Below, in pieces: positions 1 through 11,799 of a stretch of DNA of 64,000 nucleotides; position 1 is the stretch's first letter, and the number at the start of each line of letters is the position of its first letter. This DNA is from Eukaryota sp. GEM-RC1 (lineage: Eukaryota), in assembly GCA_040285855.1 (NCBI GenBank), contig JAUFOQ010000003.1, forward strand, positions 1,798,001-1,862,000, in the 5' to 3' direction. Under the pieces are notes generated by a model, which was not told the origin of the DNA, did no database searches, and saw only the letters and a program-made list of their open reading frames with translations. A program made the translations under genes and the position numbers.

Positions 1-133
1 ACATATATTTTCTTCAATTTGAGAAAACTAAGCAGGATTTATTGTCCAAACTGAACATAATATCCTTACAAAACCAGACTTACATCTGAACAAAAACAAA
101 AACAACTATAAAGCCAACCACACACATCAAAAA

Positions 134-604
134 TCACGAACAATGCTGTCTAACATACTCCCGTACCTGCTCTTTGTACTTCTCCTGGTTATGTAAGAAA
201 AGCAACAGCCCTTTCTCATTTGCTGGGTCATCCAGATTTACTCCTTCGAGTAACTGTTGAATTCCCAGTAGGATATCCTTCACTCTAAGTGATGGGCGCC
301 ACTGTTTACCCTCTGCCAGAAGAGAAAGACAGACAGTACCTGAGGGGAAGATGTTAGGATGACATAGAGGTGGATCAAAGCGACACTTGGGAGGCATTTG
401 AGGATAATCTGATGGGAACTCCATTACTATAGGTAATAAGCCATTCTCCCAAATAGTGTTTTTTGGTCCAGGAATCTTGCACTTCCACTTCATGAGATTA
501 AGAGTGTTGTCGGGAAACTTTGTTGGTCTAGCAATAAAACCCGGAGGATGGTCACGTTTCCAAGATTTATATTCCTGTGTAAGACGGACAAGATGAAGTT
601 CCAT
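134..604 (-). CDS. UBC9: SUMO-conjugating enzyme E2 (Ubc9)
   Basis: WKRDHPPGFIARP, NLMKWKCKIPG, YPQMPPKCRFDPPLCHPNIFPSGTVCLSLL with active-site Cys; Ubc9-specific N-terminus. Confidence 0.93.
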   Translation of the reverse strand: MELHLVRLTQEYKSWKRDHPPGFIARPTKFPDNTLNLMKWKCKIPGPKNTIWENGLLPIVMEFPSDYPQMPPKCRFDPPLCHPNIFPSGTVCLSLLAEGKQWRPSLRVKDILLGIQQLLEGVNLDDPANEKGLLLFLHNQEKYKEQVREYVRQHCS

Positions 605-685
605 TATTCAGATTAAGTTGTTGATAAAACAGTCTGGGAAAGAAAAAGAAAACAGTAATTTGTTCCACCTACTACATTTAGAACA

Positions 686-2258
686 ATGACTCATCAAATA
701 CTTTATAGATCTAGAGAAGGAACAGGTGTTCTCACATGGAATGGCTCTGTTTTAGAAGACCTATCCTCCTTCAACTTTGTGGAAGACACTCTCGATTCTT
801 GTTGGTCTTCTGATGGTAGCTCTCTGTTTGTTTCTACCCCAGAAACCATCAATGTCTACTCAGGATCATCTCTATCCAATTTTGTTACTCTCTCTGTCCC
901 TAATTTGGCTGCATACACTCCTTCTCCCAGTGGTGCTTACGTAGCTTCCATCTCCCGACCCGTGCCAGCATCTTCTACTTCCCACAACTTCTTCATCCAC
1001 CGTATTTCGGATCAAAAAGTCCTATTCTCGTCTTTCGTCCCCAAATTCAATGTTGATCAATGGCCATACATCTCGTTCTCCGCTGATGAACGTTTTGCAG
1101 TCCTGACCTCCCCCCAAGCTGTTAGTTTCCTCTCCTTATCCTCATCTGATCAATTCTCACGTGTACTATACAACTTCTCCCCTCCCAATGGTAGCATCTT
1201 CAAAGCTACCATATCCCCCCTCCATTGGAACCTATCACGTGATCATCTTCATCAAACAGCATGAATCATCTGCTCACCTCCTACTCGTCCTTTCTATACC
1301 ATCTCTCTTGGCTCTGAGTGGTAAGCTAGGACCAACAATCCTCCATCGTTACGTCGTGGGTAATGCAAACGACATTGAAATCCACTGGTCTTACTCTAGA
1401 ACTCATCCTTTTGCAATTGTACTTGCTGCATTTGATGTAGATACATCGAATACGTCGTACCATGGCATTAACCGAGCTTTCTACGTTCCACTAGTTGGAT
1501 CCAAGAACTCTATCAAGAGGTTGTCTCTTCCTGATGGACCTACCCACTCAGTGACGATTCATCCAAAGACTAGTGAGATTTTAGTGTTGGCAGGGTTTAA
1601 TCCGTGTGTGGGTGTGTTTTTCGATCATCATGGCAATCAGAAAGACGTACACTTACCTAGAAGGAATCAATCAGAGGTCAAGTATTCCCCTGGTGGTTCT
1701 TTGATTGCTGTTGGAGGTTTTGGTAACCTTCGTAGTGGCTATTGCTTCTACAAAACCTATCCGGGAATCTCTGTTCATTCCGAGTGTCCAGAGATTGAGA
1801 ATGTCACGTCATGGTCTTGGTTAGTCAACGGAAGTGGATGTTTGATTGCCACGACTTGCCCGAGACTTCGCGTGGGTAACTTTTTAGGTATTTTAGGAAA
1901 CAATTGTGAAATGTTTGCTAAACGTGAGTTTGATGTGCTTTACACTGCCGTTATTAGACCCTTTAGAGGAGATGCTTCTCAATTAAACGATCTAGTTTTG
2001 CAAGTAGTTCACAAGCAAAAGAGTCACTCTGGTGCTTATCTACCTCCTTCGTTAAGAGACAAAGTTGTTGAGAGGACTACTACTTCTTTAGCTGAGTTGG
2101 GAGGGGAAGATATGACTGTGAAGAGGCAGGTGGTGTCTAGTTTACCTCCTGGTGTGTCTGAGCAGTATTTGAAGCCAAAAAATAGTAAGAAGAAGAAGAA
2201 GAAAGGTGGAAAAGGAGGTTCTGGAGAAATGGCTTTTGAGATTACTGAGTTTTCTTAA
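686..2258 (+). CDS. EIF2A: Eukaryotic translation initiation factor 2A (WD-propeller); split by a 1-nt shift at the C6 run near 1215
   Basis: ORFs 686..1264 and 1161..2258 join; motifs SYHG, DGPTHSV, GGFGNL, ATTCPRLRVGN, AYLPPSLR and Lys-rich tail. Confidence 0.85.
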
Positions 2259-2424
2259 TTCTTTTCAGATTTAGACCTGAAATAAATCTTATTTAAATTT
2301 TGTTTTCTGTTTTTTCAGGCTGCGAAGACAATATCACTTGGTTAGGGTTTCGTCACTTTGTACAGCAAAAGTATAGTGTATGATTTAGTTGTTCCTTCTT
2401 GTGATCACCTGTTATAATACATCC

Positions 2425-2780
2425 TTACAACTACTCTTTGTCCTTATCACTTCTAAATCTTTACTTGGAGTGAGGTTCTTTTAAATAAATTTGTACCTGA
2501 TACATGACTACAACTACTCTTTTAAATAGATTTTTTTCTTTTTTTCTATTTACCTTTATTATAAATGTAATAGATCAACCAACTAAAATTTGATATAGTT
2601 AAAACTACACCCGTCGCTATCAAACCTTACAACAGATGTGTCCTCATCAAACGAACTCACAGCTAATAAAGCTTTGGAGATGATTAGGGGGACTGTTTTA
2701 AAAACAGTAAAAACGATCCGATTCAACCATAACATATGATCAAAACGTTTGTTCATCCTATTTTTTACGATTTTTCCGAC
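2425..2780 (-). mobile_element. 3' remnant of RLE non-LTR retrotransposon (family B) and adjacent repeat
   Basis: 2556-2780 closely matches 5500-5730; 2425-2495 matches 6069-6135. Confidence 0.65.
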
Positions 2781-3049
2781 TCAAGCCAAAGCCAAGCCAG
2801 TTTGGAATTTTACAAGCCAAACCATGTAGCTCAAGACGTTGACAGCTCTAAGGAAGAATCAATATTTTTGAAATCAGAAGTAGTTATATATTTGTCTAAT
2901 AAAACCAACTGGATTATGTTCTGATATTGATCCTCACTCGTACTCCATTAATAATTGTTTTGAGTTATACCTGTATGCTCGACAATATTGTTGGAAACAA
3001 TGCTAGTGGTAGTGATCAAATACATTTTATTCGTGTGATCATTTGTTCA

Positions 3050-3690
3050 CAACAAAAACAAACAAATAATACTAAGACTAATCCAACTGACTTCACCCAA
3101 ATCCGGTAAAAGATTACGTTTTTCAACATTAATCTTCACACCAAACTTGTACAATTTCTCAATTATTCGAGTCGAGAGAAATAAAAAGGCATATTCCGGT
3201 AAAAGGAAAACACTACACGGTTCTTCCATTCAGCCATTCTAAACTTACGCTTCTTTTCTTTACACAGTTCTTCGAAATCCTTAAAAAATGTCAACATCCA
3301 GGACTAATCGATCCAAAAGAGAAACATCAAAAGGATGAAACACAAATTTGAAATGTGAGTTTCAATGTAATTCTTCTACTTGAGAGTCATACTTGGAGTG
3401 TTTGAGCTTTTAGCAGCTGTTAACGGATTAAGATCTGTTTACAAACATCTATTGTGGTACAATTCATAAATGATTGGATCGATGTAAGTCACGGAGTATG
3501 GATATCCGCTGCTTTTTAATCTGCAAGTTCATTTTCTGAAAGGTAATTCAAAACTGGTTCAACTTTGGAGTGAAGCCAGGTGCTTTAAACATGGAATAAC
3601 AAGAATCACGTACACCATCGGGAATCACTAAACGTAGATGAATAAAACAACGACAATTCATTAAATGACAAACAAAAGTCTATTGATGAC
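3050..3690 (-). mobile_element. 3' remnant of RLE non-LTR retrotransposon (family A)
   Basis: Near-colinear with 32016-32670 and 4740-5085; degenerate EPV..LSENE..D..AAKxKHSKY..F.PF..SLFGSI; TTTG-rich 3' tail on minus strand. Confidence 0.7.
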
Positions 3691-3918
3691 GAAGTCTTTT
3701 TTCATATTTATGAGGATAAGAAGCCGGTCTGGAGGTATCTACTTCGACTCCCAAGTTCGAATCTCGAAGGGCTACACACAGCAAAACCATCACATTACCA
3801 AAAGAAAAAACTGAAAAACAAAACAAAACAAACACAATGTAGCCTGGTATTTTTGCCCACGCAACAGTAAGAACCGTTGTACAGAAACAATTTTCTAGGA
3901 ATTGTCTTATTTATAATA

Positions 3919-4512
3919 CTGTCAACTACCGAATAGAGCCCCTGCCGATTAGAGCCCCAGAGCCAAGGGGCTCTAAAACAGAGCCCTACTGAATAGAGCC
4001 CTTATTTCCAAAACACATCACTAATTTAAACTAAAGATATTAAAATTAATAAACCGCTGTATTTAAGAAAAATGACTGGAACTAGTCCACATCAATTTTT
4101 CAACCATTGCTCTAAAATTTCATCCTTCAAAAGCAGGAATTCCAAACCACCGAGCCCGTCTTTCGGAACAGATACGTTCTCGAGCGCAAATGACCGTTGG
4201 GTTTAAATAAAAGATACTTACTGAGCTAAAAAGTGAAAAAGTAGAAAGCCACTGTGCTTTTAGAACCACTGAATTTCATTGATGAAGATGTTCTAGCTTA
4301 ATTTATCTGTAACTCATAAACTTGACCTGTAAAATGACTGAACAATCATTGTTTATTTAATCAAAAGTGAGCTTAAAAAACTACTGAATAGAGCCCTCAC
4401 TTATAGCGGCTCTAAAACAGAGCCCTCCCGAATAGAGCCCTACCGAATAGAGCCCCTATGTAATTTTTTGTGGCTCTAAATTAGAGCCCGGGCTCTATTC
4501 AGTAGTTGACAG
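3919..4512. mobile_element. Tc1/mariner-pogo type MITE
   Basis: 23-bp TIR CTGTCAACTAC(C/T)GAATAGAGCCC, TA on both sides, many subterminal GAATAGAGCCC repeats. Confidence 0.88.
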
Positions 4513-4514
4513 TA

Positions 4515-5085
4515 CATGTACATCATCACATTGAAACAATTCCTTTCCGTTCATAAGGCTGTCAGAGAAACGTTTAGATTTTATGGCTATGTTACCTGAA
4601 GTGTTATATATTAGAGTGGTACTATTGGACTTCCTGGAATTATTTCTCAAGTTCCCACGGTGTTTCAATTACATTTATCAGAAGAAGGTTGATGATGAAT
4701 GTGCGTCTTCTTAATATATTCAACTTTTACACTTACTTTAATTGTGTTTTTCGTCATTTGATTAATCGTCCATACTTTTTATTCATCTACGTTCACTTAT
4801 TCATGATGGGGCACGTGATTCTTGTTATTCCCTGTTTAAAAGCACATGGATTTAACACTAAAGTAGAACCGGTTTGGACTCACCTTTCAGAAAATGAATT
4901 AGCAGATCAAAAGGGTCTTCATACTTCGTGGCTTAAATCGAGTCAGTCATTAAAGGATTTTACCACATTAGATGTTTGTAACAAAATTTGTGTTAGTAGA
5001 TCTTCTTGTAATCTGGTAACAGCTGCTGAAAAGCTTAAGCATTCCAAGTATGACTCACAAGTAGAAGAATTTAATAGAAAATAGA
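4515..5085 (+). mobile_element. RLE non-LTR retrotransposon fragment (family A)
   Basis: CLKAHGFNTKVEPVWTHLSENEL..DFTTLDVC..AAEKLKHSKY, a restriction-like endonuclease region of CRE/NeSL/R2-type elements. Confidence 0.7.
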
Positions 5086-5499
5086 CTCTCTGTTGAGTCG
5101 CAAAGAATTGTCCACATCAATAGACGATATTCAATGGAAGAGATTCATGGTCAGAATGTGGGGGAAAGCGAATCCAGAAAATATTGATACAAACAGGTTG
5201 AGGATGAAAACCTTAAAGAATTACACGAGATTGATGGTGTGTTATTTGATTACATCATCAGATTGGTCATTATATGTACTTAGATGTTAAGCATTGTTGG
5301 GAGACTAGTTTTGATCTACCGCAGCTAATCTCCCTACGTACGTAGTCTCAACAAGACTAATTATAGTCACCGGTATAGAATCAACACTCTACACTACCTA
5401 TTGAATTCAAACAAATTTGGACACTAATACAAAAATGCTATACATGTATTCAGAACATTGACAAATCTATTGATGTTAATTTTCAAACAAATAGTAATT

Positions 5500-6050
5500 T
5501 TATTTATAATAAATGTAATAGATCAAACAACTAAAATTTGATATCATTAAAACAACACTCGTTGCTATCAAATCTTACAACAGCTTTGTCCTCATCAAAT
5601 GAACTCGCTGCCACTAAAGCTTTGGAGATGATTAGGGGAATTGTTTTAAAAACAGTAAAAACGATTCGATTCAACCATAACAAATGAACAGAACGTTTGT
5701 TCATCCTATTTTTTTTACGATTTTTCCGAAATCGTTTAAAATATTGAATGTACCTTTTCTAAACGTCCGTAAATTGAATCAGCAAAGGGCATAATTCGTA
5801 TTCAACATGTTTTACATGTTTTAAAGCCATCAATGGCTTCTTGTACTTATCCTGTTTGGCCTGTTCAGAAATGTCTAAAGGAGAAGTTTCAGACGAAGCG
5901 TTCTTTAAAGATGTCCTTTTACAAACATCCACTGACACTACATCAACAACAAACAATTTGTCTGAAGATGAAGGGACAACAACATCTGCTCTCCGTTTAC
6001 CAAAAAATTGGTTCTGTTTTCGACATTACAATTATTACTAGGTTCTAGAG
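5500..6050 (-). mobile_element. RLE non-LTR retrotransposon 3' fragment (family B)
   Basis: FVVDVVSVDVCK..SEQAKQDKY; homologous to 19200-19385 (+) and 2556-2780. Confidence 0.68.
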
Positions 6051-6285
6051 ATCTGTTATGGTACATGCTTACAACTGCTCTTTGTCCTTATCACTTCTAA
6101 ATCTTTACTTGGAGTGAGGATCTTTTAAATAGATTTGTAGTAAGAACTTAAGGTGAAGCATGTTGTTATAAATCTAATGTTATTCAACAACAGCAGACTG
6201 TTCCGATCGGCTGGCTGCTCTGTTGTTTTCTTTCAAAAAGGGAACTATATACTAACAGAGTCAAAAATGCACATATATTTATACC

Positions 6286-9012
6286 CTAAAACGATAACAA
6301 ATCGTCAAAACTCTGACTAACTTGCTGTTCTTCTCCTTTAAGACTATTAACACGTTCCTGCAGACAATCAAACACCAAGGATCCCAAATGAGAAGCGGGT
6401 GACTTAATGATAACTTCCACAGCTTTACTAGAGTCCTTCCTTATACCAAGTGAGCAGACTAAAGCAGAACCATCAACAGCTACACAAGCAAAACTAATTA
6501 CTTCTCGTTCAGCAGAACTTTGTGAGAAGATGACGTTCATTGAGCAATCAGAAATGATTTGTTTGATTTGATCGACAATGGGAGGTGCAAATGGCATTGG
6601 TAGATACATTAACTTCTTAAATGACTTGGAATCGTCAACAGATGACCAAGCAGTAATGAATTGAGCTTTACCAATCTTAGATTTTTCAAATAGTAAGAAT
6701 TGAGGAATTTCCACGTCTAAATCAAAAAGAAGGGTCCCTTGTCAGAAAATTTGATAGCTACTTGCAAGATTTTTGAATTTTTAATAGTCTGTTCATTAAG
6801 TTTCTTTCGTTGTGAGTTGTGGCCTATAAGTACAGAAACCGACTCTCGACTTCTTGGTGAAATATTTGAAATTTTGAAACTAGGATCGACAGCCAATCCC
6901 AGAACATTAACATTAAACTGCATTAAGAAATTTGAAACCACTAAACTTCCTACATTAGTCACAACCATAGTTAACACTGTTTTCCCTTCATTATTCTTTT
7001 CAAACTTACCATACACTTCAATTCCTTCCCCACTATATACCTTAGGCAAGTCAATCTTCTCTTCCTCTTTACTTTGTTGCTCTTCCACCACTCCTAACAG
7101 ATCCGTTGGTTTATCATCTAGGGACAACAAGTCAAGAATATCATCACCTCCAGATTTAGAAATGCTCACCTCATCCATATCGTCACCACCAATCAAATCA
7201 CCGGTGATTGTGACTCCTTCTTCATTTTGATCCATTAGTTTCCTTTCCTCCGCTGCCTTCAACAACTTAGGAGCAATTAGAATGGGATCCTTATGTAGTA
7301 AACAAGCCAAGGAACCAAGCTCCAACAATAACTTCTGAACCAACTCATGCTCTAAATAAAACACCTTGTCAGAGATCTCAGGTCTTTCAGCTAGAACAGC
7401 TCTTTTTGCCACGTCAGGACCTAACGACAACAGTCTCCAGTAAAGGAAACCTCGATCTCTAAGATCAGGATTGTCACTCTGATTGGTAGCAAACTCAAGA
7501 ACTCTCGACAACAGAGGCTTGATCTCGCGAGGTCTGCGGAGGAAGCATTTGACAGTTGCAGTGAGGATGGAGAGTTGGACTTCCGAAGGTTCCTCGTTGA
7601 ACCCATCAATGAACATTTCCATTAAATCTGAAATATTTGAAATTTTACCAGCTGCTTCTCCCACAATCCACGCCATCGAAGACTTAGCCTGAGGCTCATC
7701 AAGTGAAGTCAAATGAGAGCACAACTCGGTAATACAAGCTTCATAACGTGCAGGATACCGTCTAAAGATATCTCTCATGACCACTGTAATCTCTTGAACA
7801 ACGTGAGCAATCTTAGTCTTCATTAGAGACAAGAGAGCTTCCACGCAGAAAGTAGCACAATTACGTAGCTTAATAGCACATAGACCAATAGCACGGACTG
7901 ACTTTCGCACGAAATCAACGTCAACTTCCTTAGCATAGTCAGAAAACTCAGCTAAAATGGCGGCAATGTTATCATCAGTGGAAAGCAGAGTCAATACTTC
8001 TACCTTCTCCAGTTTAACATGGATAGGATCATTATACTTACAAAAGAACACCTTGTAGTGATCAGCTAATAACAGAGGATTCTGTGAGACAATTAGTAGG
8101 ACACAGCGGAGGACAATGTACTGAATCTCGTGGGTAGCAGACATTAAGGAGATTAAAGGTGGTGTGATCCTACGTTCAATGTTAAGAGCTTCAGCTCGAT
8201 GTAATAATTTTGAATATTTAAGTAATAATTTAACAGTGCCCAGGACTAAAGCTGAATTCCTGTGCTGGAGTCGAGGCATCAACCTCTCACATAACGTTTC
8301 AGCTTCCTCTTTTGACCCAGGATCATATTCTCGGATGACGTCAATAAGAGAAATCTGACCCCATTCAGTACAAGAATCCATGGCTGTTAGAAGAGACATC
8401 ACCACGGAGTAAGATAGAGAGAAGACAGAGGAAGGAGAAGGGTGGGAAGCAGCGATCTCAGCAAGGGCGGTAGCTGTGTTACTGATGACAACATGGTTCT
8501 CGTCGTTCAAGAGGTTAGCCAAAGTTTCCAAGAAACCTTGGTCCTCGATGAGTTCAGGAGAAATGTCGTAGACTTTAGCGACAGTAAGAGCAGCTGTTTT
8601 ACGAACATAGGGGTCTGTATCCTCAAGGCAAGAGCGTAGAGGTTCACAGAGGTATTCTGAGAGGGTGTTGACGCGAATGGAACCCATGGTTCTAATGGAG
8701 AGGGCTCTAATTAGAGGATTGTCGTGAGATGCGTCTTGGACAAAAGCGTTGACTGCGAGAAGAGCAAGGTCTTGTTTAGCTTGAGCATAGTTAGTTAGAA
8801 AAAGATAGACAAGTTTCTTGACTTCAAGATCATTGGTATTGATGGAGTGTAACATTTCCATGAAGAGACAGGATGCATCTTTGCCCACAGTCATTGCAGC
8901 AATGGTTTTTCGAACTGCTTCTTTTTTCTTGTTTGCATCAGGAGACATGAGTCCTTCACGTAGCTCCTCAAATTCCCCCCTTTCGAGGAAGTTCGTTGTA
9001 CTGTTCAGCCAT
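6286..9012 (-). CDS. AP1B1/AP2B1: AP-1/AP-2 adaptor complex beta subunit (trunk, hinge, appendage); 1-nt shifts near 8978 and 6725
   Basis: KKEAVRKTIAAMTVGKD, VKKLVYLFL, NPLIRALSIR, DPYVRKTAA, DNPDLRDRG; upstream ATG at 9012 (MAEQYNELPRKG); appendage in ORF 6286..6714. Confidence 0.93.
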
Positions 9013-9272
9013 TATTAAGAAAAGAAGAAGTGGGGATTGACAAAAATTGTTCGAATTCTCAACTCATCACTGCTAGTGCTAGAGCATCAGTTACACATCA
9101 AAACATAACAAGCTAGGTCATATGTCTTGCATACTAACTACTTTTCTGGTTTATCCAAAAAGGTAACCTTTATCTAGATGGCGTTTATGTGTTTCTCGCT
9201 TTCTTGATGGTGTTTCTCTCCATTAATCCTGTTCGACAGTTATCTTCTAGCTTGGCATAGAATTCGTCTTTA

Positions 9273-10467
9273 TTTATTTCTCCATATCTTGGACAGTAAA
9301 TACCGATTCTATCTCAATTTCATCAACACATCTTGGTCCAATGTTCAGGACGACTACTACACCAACTACCTCTCCACCACATCGTCTTAACAAGTCTATT
9401 GATGTTTTAACACCACCTCCAGTTGCAAGAACATCATCCACCAGGGATGGGAAAAAATATATTGTATTGCAATATATTGAAATAAATAATATTGCAATAT
9501 GTATTGCATCACTTCAGAGAGGCAATATATTTATTGCACCAAACTTTTATATTGCAATATAGCAATATATTTACAATATATTGTAAAATAACATGATGAG
9601 CTTTCGTGTACATTCAACATACCAGTACATCGATCTCCTTCATTCCTTCTACTTCTAATGCTCTTCAGAGGCTCTTCAGTAGAGCCAAACTGACTGTTGG
9701 GTGTTTGAGAACCCGTCTTTCGGCCGAATCCCTAGAAAAGCAACTCTTTCTACTCTATAACTGAACTCATTGAACAGAAAACATCGTAAGATCCATTGTC
9801 AACTCTCTCCCTTGTTCTTCTCGTTTCGAATAGACTGTTGTTTTTCAATAAACTTTCATTTATTTCTTGTTACTTCGGAAGACGATAACCTCATCATAGT
9901 TATAAACGTTAAAAGATGTATTTTATGGACTGAAATTCACTGAAAAATCAACCAAATATGGTACATTATGCCAACCATTATATTGCAATATATTGTAGAT
10001 ATTTATTGGGTCATTTCAGATACGCAATATATTTATTGCAATATTGTGCTTTCAGTTGATATTTATTGGAACCCATTTTCTATGAAATATTTATTGCAAT
10101 ATATTTTTTCATATCCCTGGTCATCCACTATGACAATTCTGCTTGTTTTTGAGTCAACTGAGTCCTTTGTCACTTCCAGAGTAACCTTTGAATACTCAGT
10201 ACATCAAGTCTGCTGGAACACAGTCTCTGCAGGTAACATCCCTCCCTTCCTAACCAAGATCAAAGGAATCGACAGTCTATCAGCTAAAATGCTTCCCAGA
10301 ATATATCCCCTGGAATCTATTGCAGCTATGGCATCGAATTGGAATTTTTCAATTTTGCCCAATAATTTACTTACCATTTCTGACCTGAGATCTGGGTCTC
10401 TAAAGTACGTAGATAAGTCGTAGAATGTGACACCTTTGAAATTATGGTAAATCTTGGTGTGAAACAT
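9273..10467 (-). pseudogene. APRT: Adenine phosphoribosyltransferase, interrupted by a hAT MITE
   Basis: GVTFYDLS, DAIAAIDSRGYILG, LILVRKGG, then RIVIVDD/[MITE]/VDDVLATGGG..RCGGEVVG. Confidence 0.85.
9442..10120. mobile_element. hAT-type MITE inside APRT
   Basis: Ends CAGGGATG...ATATCCCTG(G); 8-bp direct repeat TCATCCAC at 9434-9441 and 10121-10128; ATATTGCAAT subterminal repeats. Confidence 0.88.
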
Positions 10468-10891
10468 CAGATCTATGAATCCAGAAAAGAAAGATATCTG
10501 CGAAAGCTATTCATATAGCAAAACTGATCTTGTTTTGATATGCATTCCGTCTCGTTGGAGTTCCGCCTTCTTTAATGAAAGGTTTGGTTGGTAAAGAACA
10601 TCTGATACTACATACTTGGGACCAAGGTGACTGCTGTCACTTCTGCCTTCTTCTTCATCAATGTGCCGCCTAGATTGCTGTCTAATCATTCTTCAGATAC
10701 TACATCGCAGATGCTGTCTGGTGGGATAGTATATCCCGCCACACGGCAACCTTTTTTTAATTCAACAACTGTAAAAAAGTCATTTTCCAAGATCCAAATG
10801 GAGATGAGACTAGAGTTATTAAATAACTTGAGTTAGAGAGAAGGTTTTTCAAAACAAAATGATGTCATGGATATAATATATCCGATATATG

Positions 10892-11571
10892 CAGGGGTAC
10901 TCAAAATTGAATTGCCAATTCAGTTATTGCCAATCAATTAATTGCAATATTAATTGGTCGATCGTCATACCCCACCAATTAATTGGCAATTAATTGACCA
11001 ATTAACCAGTTATTGGTCTAATCAGTTTGTTATGAATATGGTGCAGAACAATTATTGAAATGCCAAAAGTCATCAATCTAGCTTTAAAAAATGTGTGTGA
11101 ACAAAAACTTTTTTCGAAATCTCATAAAGTGTGTCTACATAAGCCGATTCAGAAGAAGTGAAATCTTTTTTGATTTATGTATTTCAATTAACAAATTTAT
11201 ATAGCAATAACAAGACTCCACCAACATAACTGAAAACTTTTCAATAGTTAAAGTGTCGAACAATGGCTCTGCACAGCAATGCTGTCAATGTTGATAATGG
11301 TGAGAGAGACGGAAAGCGATCGACTTCTGTCAGCAGACATCCTCTTAAGGATAATAAAAGAAGGGAAGTTTTAACGAAGATTGGCGAAGCAATTTTGTAT
11401 GCGGAATACGATTGTATTTAGAATTTAGTATTATAATTTACGATTTTGTTTTCATCAACAATAACTGATTAATTGGTCAATTAATTGCCAATTAATTGCA
11501 CTAATTGCAATATTAATTGTTCCCATAATTTGAGAGCCAATTAATTGCCAATTCAATTTTGAGTACCCCTG
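10892..11571. mobile_element. hAT-type MITE
   Basis: 23-bp TIR CAGGGGTACTCAAAATTGAATTG; TSD GATATATG/GATCTATG (1 mismatch); CAATTAATTG subterminal repeats. Confidence 0.88.
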
Positions 11572-11591
11572 GATCTATGTATTGATAAAAC

Positions 11592-11752
11592 GAGACTAAA
11601 ACAAGTGCGAACTAATAGGTCTCAGTGAGACTAACGGCAATTTCTCTCACTAGAAATTACTCTCAGTTAGACTAAATCCGATATGTGACCCGCGAAAATG
11701 ACGTACGGTATTAGTCTCAGTGAGACTAATTGAAACAATCGGACCAGACTAT
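11592..11752. repeat. Cluster of palindromic TTAGTCTCA(G/C)TGAGACTAA motifs (probable TE subterminal remnant)
   Basis: Motif at 11618 and 11711; same motif at 17318 and 17361. Confidence 0.55.
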
Positions 11753-11799
11753 GAGTAAACTGAAATTTGTGGACACTTTCATCGGCAATCCTATTAACA

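Noticed and set aside
9442..10120. MITE in APRT acting as a spliced introner
   Set aside because: The TSD supplies a GT on the coding strand, but the element ends in CCCTG rather than AG, so no frame-restoring GT-AG intron is apparent.
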